This document shows positions 48,813-54,905 of a stretch of 57,672 bases of DNA, piece by piece. The translations under genes and the position numbers were made by a program. Source of the stretch: a virus (Duplodnaviria > Caudoviricetes); IMG/VR virus record IMGVR_UViG_3300044296_000098, positions 1-57,672 of that record; one strand, written 5' to 3'. Numbering within the stretch: the stretch's first letter is position 1; each line of letters begins with the position of its first letter. The notes under the pieces are model-generated. The model saw nothing but the letters and a program-made list of their open reading frames with translations. It had not been told where the DNA came from and searched no databases.

Positions 48813-48849
48813 GAGGTGCCTGTTCCTTCCCCCGTGGTATGGGCACCTC
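48813..48849 (+). other. Leader hairpin between the RAMP-like gene and the array
   Basis: GAGGTGCC...GGCACCTC inverted repeat. Confidence 0.6.
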
Positions 48850-48851
48850 GC

Positions 48852-49418
48852 CCTTCCCATGCCGTCAGCCTCAGTGGCTGGCGGGATGCGAAGGCATCCA
48901 TCTCCGCCCCGCTGCGCTCCGCAACGCTGCGCCTCGCCTCGCAACGCAACGCAACGGCCTTCCCATGCCGTCAGCCTCAGCGGCTGGCGGGATGCGAAGG
49001 CATCCATCTCCGCGCCGCCTCGCGCCGCCTCGCTACGCTGCGCTCCGCAACGCAACGCAACGCAACGCAACGGCCTTCCCATGCCGTCAGCCTCAGCGGC
49101 TGGCGGGATGCGAAGGCATCCATCGCCGCCACGCCTCGCATCGCACCGCATCGCACCGCAACGCACCGCAACGCAACGCAACGGCCTTCCCATGCCGTCA
49201 GCCTCAGTGGCTGGCGGGATGCGAAGGCATCCATCGACGCTTCGCCTCGCCGCGCTCCGCAACGCAACGCAACGACCTTCCCATGCCGTCAGCCTACGCG
49301 GCTGGCGGGATGCGAAGGCATCTATCGCCGCTCCGCTTCGCAACGCAGCGCTCCGCGCCGCGACGCCACGCAGCGCAACGCCTCGCCACGCCGCGCCCCG
49401 CAACGCCCCGTAACGTAA
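48852..49418 (+). repeat. Array of five 51-nt hairpin repeats, each followed by a tract of CGC-NN pentamers (putative guide-RNA array)
   Basis: Repeat CCTTCCCATGCCGTCAGCC-TCAGY-GGCTGGCGGGATGCGAAGGCATCCATC at 48852, 48958, 49074, 49185 and 49276; tracts of 10, 12, 11, 7 and 16 CGCNN units. Confidence 0.95.
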
Positions 49419-49430
49419 AGGAACCTAACC

Positions 49431-49913
49431 GTGGCTCTGACGTCTGCTGATATCCGTGTGCTTACCGATGCCATGCTCAGCACTCCGGTCGGGGAAGTAA
49501 TCACCTTCTTCGAGCTGTCGAAGGCTCTTGGGGCTAACGTCAAAGCCCGGCAGTACCTTATCCACGGCGCGATTAAGCTCGCCAGTAAGGAAGCCGGCGC
49601 GATCTTCACCAGCGTCCGTTCGGTCGGCTACAAGCGGCTCCCCGCCGAAGCCGCAGCGGCTGTGGGGTCGCACGCTCGAAACCGCGTCCGGTCGACCGCA
49701 AGGAAAGCCTCAGGCATCATCACACGGGCCGTCGAACGCGCTAACGACATGTCTGATGAAGCTCGACGCAAAGCCATGACTGAGGTCTCCGCCCTCCAGC
49801 TGCTGAACACTCTTGCCGCTGATAGGACGGTTAAGGCCGTTCAACCGACCGATAAGCCGCAACCGGTAGCCATGACCCTGCGGTCAATGGCGGCGTCATT
49901 GGGGATTACGTGA
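49431..49913 (+). CDS. Putative winged-helix DNA-binding protein, candidate accessory of the RAMP/array locus
   Basis: GTG start with AAGGA RBS right after the array; ITFFELSKALG and FTSVRSVGYKRL wing-like motif. Confidence 0.7.
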   Translation: MALTSADIRVLTDAMLSTPVGEVITFFELSKALGANVKARQYLIHGAIKLASKEAGAIFTSVRSVGYKRLPAEAAAAVGSHARNRVRSTARKASGIITRAVERANDMSDEARRKAMTEVSALQLLNTLAADRTVKAVQPTDKPQPVAMTLRSMAASLGIT

Positions 49914-50167
49914 TGGTTTACGGTCCTGAACACGATCGACCTTCCAGAGGCATGGGGTCTTACGGAACCGAGAAGTCCGTTCCAGACATGCCAAAATGCG
50001 GTAATTGCCGATGGCTTATTGACTACGGCAATGACCTAAAAGGGGTTTTGGGGACGTGCAGGGTTCCTTTACCACCTTTTCGCGTTTCTGGAACGGAAAT
50101 GTACCAAGCTCCTGTCAAGCATCACTACTGGTGTGTTCTGTGGGAGAAAAACAATGTCTGCCCGTAA
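49910..50167 (+). CDS. Small Cys-rich hypothetical protein
   Basis: CGNCRW...GTC...WC; GTGA overlap with the upstream stop. Confidence 0.55.
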   Translation: MMVYGPEHDRPSRGMGSYGTEKSVPDMPKCGNCRWLIDYGNDLKGVLGTCRVPLPPFRVSGTEMYQAPVKHHYWCVLWEKNNVCP

Positions 50168-50333
50168 ATGTGAGACCTGTAGGCATTGGAGCCCTTCCAA
50201 TAATCCCGGTATTGGCTATTGCGATTGGACCGTCGAAGCAGACGTACCGGAATGGCTAGTAACTTCTTCGGCTTCTATGCGGGGGTTCGAGGGGTCTACT
50301 TGCCGGGTTTGGTCTCCTGGAAACGACCGCTAA
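50154..50333 (+). CDS. Small Cys-rich hypothetical protein
   Basis: GGAG RBS; CETCRHW...GYC...CRVW. Confidence 0.6.
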   Translation: MSARKCETCRHWSPSNNPGIGYCDWTVEADVPEWLVTSSASMRGFEGSTCRVWSPGNDR

Positions 50334-50419
50334 TTCCCTTTCGCTTTGGGGGTGGCCGCGGTTTGCGGGGCAGCAGGCATCGACTGCATCCTCCCCCAAT
50401 TCCTGACAGGAGAAACACG

Positions 50420-50647
50420 ATGGCTCACGTTGACAGCGCCTCCGACGATCGCACTGCGAACAACGCCGTGCGGCACCAATACCGCGTCCTATCCGATGCG
50501 GAGAAGCAGCAGATGGTTGACTTGAAAGACCTTGGCGCGGCGTTCATCCAGAAGTGCAAGGACATCGGCGGCAGTCGGGAATTGTCGATCGCCATCACCA
50601 AGGCCGAGGAAGCCGTGATGTGGGCCGTCAAGCATGTGACAGCCTAG
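50420..50647 (+). CDS. Acb2/Tad1-like helical hairpin protein (putative immune-signal sponge)
   Basis: QYRVLSDAEKQQMVDLK...SRELSIAITKAEEAVMWAVKHVT; AGGAG RBS. Confidence 0.7.
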   Translation: MAHVDSASDDRTANNAVRHQYRVLSDAEKQQMVDLKDLGAAFIQKCKDIGGSRELSIAITKAEEAVMWAVKHVTA

Positions 50648-50688
50648 CCACCACCAGCGGCACGGCTTCAGGTCGGTGGTTTCGTCCT

Positions 50689-50886
50689 TCACCGTTTTGC
50701 CCTCCACGCTGTCGGCTCTCTCAGTTCATCCACACAGAACCCGGCGTCCGGGTGCCATGCGCAGTTTGATATGAACCCCGGCAGGCCGTGCTTCGACGGC
50801 ACGAACACTTCAATCAGCGTGCCGTCTCGGGGCGCCTCGTTTATGTGCGTCCAGTCGGACGGGTCGGGGGTTGGATTATCGCCCAT
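50689..50886 (-). CDS. DUF551-like small protein
   Basis: WTHINEAPRDGTLIEV...EPTAW. Confidence 0.6.
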   Translation of the reverse strand: MGDNPTPDPSDWTHINEAPRDGTLIEVFVPSKHGLPGFISNCAWHPDAGFCVDELREPTAWRAKR

Positions 50887-51049
50887 GCTGGCTCTCCGGG
50901 ATGTCGGCGACGGCCCTGTAGAATGCGCTCCACTCGACATCGGTAGCGTCGTCCGGGTGGTATCTGATGACCTTGGCCGCGTCGTAGAGCGCCCACAGGC
51001 GGCGGCGCAGTTCGGCGTCCAGCCCGCCGGTGGTTTTAGAACTGGACAC
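50876..51049 (-). CDS. Small hypothetical protein
   Basis: C-terminal part of the 244-aa track ORF from a GTG with a purine-rich RBS; start uncertain. Confidence 0.4.
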   Translation of the reverse strand: MSSSKTTGGLDAELRRRLWALYDAAKVIRYHPDDATDVEWSAFYRAVADIPESQHGR

Positions 51050-51295
51050 CGTTGGCTTCCTTCCACTCCATGATGATCCGCTTGAGATGTTCGGTCGTGT
51101 CCTCGATACCCCGGTATCCTGAACACCAGCTTGTCCAAGGAGGTCGCCCGTATGGGCGTTGATGGATCGGACCGTAGCACCGCCTCCGCGAAAGTCTGCC
51201 CGAGCCAGTCGGGAGCGACAGAGGACGTCGTCTGAGAACTGGTAGACGTGACAGGCCGGAGAGACGGCCACCAATCCCCCAACCTGTGAGGCCCA

Positions 51296-51691
51296 ATGAC
51301 CCCCGCTGAATATCGTGTCCTCCAACTGTGCCGAGCGTGGCAAGAAGGAGGACAGTCCATCCGCGCCTTTCGGGATCTGGTTGCGGCTATCTACGACTTG
51401 CCGCCAGACCCCGGTTCCATTCATTCCGGCCCGCTTCCCGAAGTGAGCGCGGCGAATTACGCGGCCGATCTTGCCCGAGGCCATCTCGTCCGGAACAAGA
51501 TCAGCGGCGTAAAGGTGGCCGTCAGTATTTCGCCCCGGGTGCGACAGCGCCTTAACGAAGCGGTAATCGAGCGGCACACCGCCGGCATGAAGCCTCTCGA
51601 AATAGCTCAAGAGCTATCCGTCACCGGCTACGTCGTTAACGGCATTCTCTACCGGCACAAGCGCGCTATGAAACTCGCAGCCACGAAGTGA
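51296..51691 (+). CDS. HTH-containing putative regulator
   Basis: C-terminal GMKPLEIAQELSVTGYVVNGILYRHKR. Confidence 0.55.
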   Translation: MTPAEYRVLQLCRAWQEGGQSIRAFRDLVAAIYDLPPDPGSIHSGPLPEVSAANYAADLARGHLVRNKISGVKVAVSISPRVRQRLNEAVIERHTAGMKPLEIAQELSVTGYVVNGILYRHKRAMKLAATK

Positions 51692-52751
51692 CGTTATACA
51701 GGGTCTCAAAAGACACCGTATCGACCCGCCCCATGCACTGCCATGTTTGGCCGGCGGAGAACGGGGAGCCAACGATGGTTCCAGTCGCATCGCATGGCAC
51801 CAGGAGGTTCCCCGACACCGTACCCCCAAAGGTTATCGCCCCGCTGCCTAGGTACTTAGCCATCGCGTAGGTTCCGACCGCTCCAGCACTTAGGCCGGCG
51901 GTCGCGGTGCCTACCTGAGCGGAGGTGAGGTTCGTCACGTTCGTGGCGGTCGTGGCTACTAGCGCCGCTGCGGCGCTACCCGCGCTCGTGGCGTAATTCG
52001 CGTTTAGAGCCGTAGTGGCGGTTCCATTGAAGGAGAGGGTCGTGCCGTCGTAAGTGACGGAGCCGACGACCGTCGGCGTCGCGCTTAACGACCCATAGTT
52101 GAACTTAAGGAAGGTTCCCGACGTACTGTCCTTCTGGACGGTGATGCCGTCAGTTGCCCCGTCAGAGGCGGTTCCGATCTGGCCCGTCGTAGCAAGTCGG
52201 GTTCCCGCTCCTCCGCCGAAACCCGGATTGGTGCCCGACCCCACAATGAGGCCCACCCCGGCGACCTCTCGGAACGTCAGGTTGGACGACCCCGCAAAGG
52301 CCCCGCTGTTGTTGAACTGCACTTGGGTGTCGGACCCGCCCGGCTGCCCAGAGGGGGTAGTGCGGAACGTGTATCCGGTACCGCCATCGTTAAAAATGGT
52401 GTCTACGATCCCTTGGGGTATAGTCACTCCCGCGGTCACGCCCGAAAATGTTAAAGTGTGGCTCCCCGACGTAGCATTCGTCACCACCCACATCCCGCCA
52501 ACGCCGGCGGGAAACTGGAGGGTAATATCGCCGCTCGGTGTACCCGCAACGTATATATTCAACGGCCGGTATTGGGAAAGCGTCAGGACGATCGTGCCGC
52601 TTTGACCGGTCACGTTAACTTCTGTGACCCCGCCCAGTGCTTGGTCGATAGCGGACGAGTTGGCGTTGACTGGGGTATTCCAGCTGTTAACGTAATCGTT
52701 GTAGCCGGGCTCTTCGAGCGACTTGTTCGGAGTGAAGGTGCTGGTCATCAA
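51666..52751 (-). CDS. Tail/needle-like structural protein
   Basis: STFTPNKSLEEPG...WNTPVNAN...IDQA N-terminus; PGGSDTQVQFNNSGAFAGS module; TWQCMG...WLRVS end. Confidence 0.7.
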   Translation of the reverse strand: MMTSTFTPNKSLEEPGYNDYVNSWNTPVNANSSAIDQALGGVTEVNVTGQSGTIVLTLSQYRPLNIYVAGTPSGDITLQFPAGVGGMWVVTNATSGSHTLTFSGVTAGVTIPQGIVDTIFNDGGTGYTFRTTPSGQPGGSDTQVQFNNSGAFAGSSNLTFREVAGVGLIVGSGTNPGFGGGAGTRLATTGQIGTASDGATDGITVQKDSTSGTFLKFNYGSLSATPTVVGSVTYDGTTLSFNGTATTALNANYATSAGSAAAALVATTATNVTNLTSAQVGTATAGLSAGAVGTYAMAKYLGSGAITFGGTVSGNLLVPCDATGTIVGSPFSAGQTWQCMGRVDTVSFETLYNVTSWLRVS

Positions 52752-54904
52752 ATGCTCCTGTTGGCGACACTGAGCGCCTTCGTGATGGCTTCATCCGGCA
52801 GGTTCAGCAGCGGCTTCGTAACCTGCTCTTCCTGTTTCCGGGCGCGCTCCGCCGCTCGGATCAGAGCGTCCGCTCGCTGCCCGTGGTCGACGCCAATCCG
52901 GCCGCCACTGGCGCGCTCAATGCGCCCGCCGCCCGCGTGCCCTTGCATTCTGCGGAGCACATCTTGAACGTAGGAAGAGGTTCTTTTTCCCATGCCATCC
53001 GAGCGGTCCTGAAGCCACGGGGTTGGATAGCCAGGGGGCGAAACATTGCCGGGGCCGGAGAAATAAGCCACGGCCACGCGGGCGGGATCTCCCCCATACC
53101 TCTCGCTGTAGGCGTCGATGATGCGGCGGCCAACCCGGAGGTTGTCTTCTGGCCGGTCAATACGTTCCCCGGCCTGCGCCCACTTAGCGAAAGTCCCCGG
53201 CGTGATTTGCATGCCCCCCTGGGCGCCGTCCACGCTGGTTCGAGCGTTTCGCCCCGACCCGCTTTCCTGAGCGTAGATCGCGTCCGCAATCCGACTGGGC
53301 GCCGGCTGAGCCGGTTCGGCGGGAGGCTCTTCCCCCAGCCTCTCTATTCCGGCGGTAGCCAGTCTTGCCGGCGTAGAAGTGAGTTGCCGCCCGGCTACGC
53401 CCGCTGCGTAATTGGCCATTCCCATGGCGCGGGGGGAGGCCGCTACCACATTGGCGGCGCCGATCGGCAATCCCACGGGGTGCAAAAAACCCCCGAGAGG
53501 CCCAAGGGCTTGGGCAACCCCGCGGATGCCCCCCGGAAACCACGGGTTGAGCGCCGCTCCTGCCAGCATATACGGAAGGTTTTTACCGGAAGGAACAGAG
53601 GTCAGTTGGTCAAAGATCCGGTCGTTGCCGATTTTATAGTTGCGAAGCATCTTCGCAACCTGCGAACTCGCCCCCGCATTGCCCAACAAGCCGGTTGATT
53701 TCTTAATATCGTTCAGCTCTTTCAAGCCGTACTGATATTTTTCCATCAAATCGGCGTATTGTTTACCGAGAGGATGTCCGTCAACGATGGCTTGCTTTAC
53801 GCCGTTATAGACCCCTTTTAACGCACTTTCCGTGGCGCTGTTACCGGTTTGGTCAACTCGGTCCCAAATGCTACGCTTAAGGGTATCGAAATTCTCCATC
53901 GTGTGCAAAGAAGGGGGCTGCGCGCGAAGGCGATTTACGTCTTGTTCGACTGCGTCCAACACGTTGTGGGCGGGGCTGAAGCCGTATCTTTGACCTCCGA
54001 TAGTTAGATTTTGACGGGCGTCAGCGATTGCCCGGTCGATTGGGTCGAACGGCAACGGAGATTGGTTTGCCGCCATTCCCTGCCGGGTTTGAAAGAACTC
54101 TTGGCTCTTTTGATTACGTAGGTCTTTCAGAGCCGCTTCCGCCGTTGAGGCCAAATCCACAGCGTTGGCGTTACCCCGGAGGTGGGTAAGGAAAGCCTCT
54201 CTTGCCGCCGGGTCAGTCGTCGATCCTGCCGTTGCCGCGATCTTCATAAGGCTGGCGGGAACCCCCGTCGTAGCCCCCTGCACTTGCCTCACTACCGCCG
54301 CGGCGGGTTTCGCGGCAACTTTAGCCGCAGCGATAGACGCTTGCACGGGGTCCGTGATAGTTGCCAACTTGCTCAGCACGCTGGCGGTTCGACCCCCAGC
54401 CGGCGCGGCCCCGGCCCCCAAAGTCAACGGCAGCGACACGTCCATAAGAGTACTGATAGGTTTGGTCGCAATCGCCTTCTTTATCCCGGCGATAGAGCCG
54501 TATTGGCCGTAATGCTCCATCACGGCGTCGGCCAAAGCCTCCGCGTGGGGGTCTCGCTCGCCCCCCAAAGACCCGGCGACTTTCGAGTAAAACCCTTTTC
54601 CCACACCGAGGAGGTTTTTACCGGTCTCAATAGGATGCATGACGGCGTGCCCGAGGCCCGCCGCTTCTTCTTTTAGGTTTTCCCACGCGTGCTCTTTAGC
54701 ACTGGCGGCAACATCGGACGCGCTCATCCCCTCGTAGGGCGTGAGGTCTTGCGGCGCCGGCGGAGTCCTCGGAACCGAGGGGGCTTTGGCCGCTGGAGGC
54801 GCCGGGCGAGACCCAGGAGCTAACGCCTCCCAAGACGGGGTTTCTTCGTCAGCCGCTGCGTTCCTTGGCTGAAGACTTTCCCAAGAGGGCACATTTTCGT
54901 CCAC
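52748..54904 (-). CDS. Ejection protein with C-terminal SLT (GH23) lytic transglycosylase domain
   Basis: AIYAQESG...GAQGGMQITPGTF...DNLRVG...AVAYFSGPGNV...YVQDV. Confidence 0.8.
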   Translation of the reverse strand: MDENVPSWESLQPRNAAADEETPSWEALAPGSRPAPPAAKAPSVPRTPPAPQDLTPYEGMSASDVAASAKEHAWENLKEEAAGLGHAVMHPIETGKNLLGVGKGFYSKVAGSLGGERDPHAEALADAVMEHYGQYGSIAGIKKAIATKPISTLMDVSLPLTLGAGAAPAGGRTASVLSKLATITDPVQASIAAAKVAAKPAAAVVRQVQGATTGVPASLMKIAATAGSTTDPAAREAFLTHLRGNANAVDLASTAEAALKDLRNQKSQEFFQTRQGMAANQSPLPFDPIDRAIADARQNLTIGGQRYGFSPAHNVLDAVEQDVNRLRAQPPSLHTMENFDTLKRSIWDRVDQTGNSATESALKGVYNGVKQAIVDGHPLGKQYADLMEKYQYGLKELNDIKKSTGLLGNAGASSQVAKMLRNYKIGNDRIFDQLTSVPSGKNLPYMLAGAALNPWFPGGIRGVAQALGPLGGFLHPVGLPIGAANVVAASPRAMGMANYAAGVAGRQLTSTPARLATAGIERLGEEPPAEPAQPAPSRIADAIYAQESGSGRNARTSVDGAQGGMQITPGTFAKWAQAGERIDRPEDNLRVGRRIIDAYSERYGGDPARVAVAYFSGPGNVSPPGYPTPWLQDRSDGMGKRTSSYVQDVLRRMQGHAGGGRIERASGGRIGVDHGQRADALIRAAERARKQEEQVTKPLLNLPDEAITKALSVANRSI

Positions 54905-54905
54905 A

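Noticed and set aside
48852-49418. Canonical CRISPR array
   Set aside because: The repeats are 51 nt, the spacers are periodic CGC-NN tracts rather than captured foreign DNA, and no adaptation or interference cas genes are present.
48852-49418. TIGR-Tas array
   Set aside because: No box C/D-like motifs or paired short spacers, and the adjacent protein does not look like a Nop-domain protein.
48795-49450. About 200-aa ORFs in several frames across the array
   Set aside because: A 5-nt periodic GC-rich sequence lacks stops in most frames. The translations are Arg/Ala low-complexity and lack an RBS.
50340-50405. Possible tRNA or ncRNA in the gap before the Acb2/Tad1-like gene
   Set aside because: The ends could pair (TTGGGGG/CCCCCAA), but there is no cloverleaf or T-loop consensus; too weak to call.
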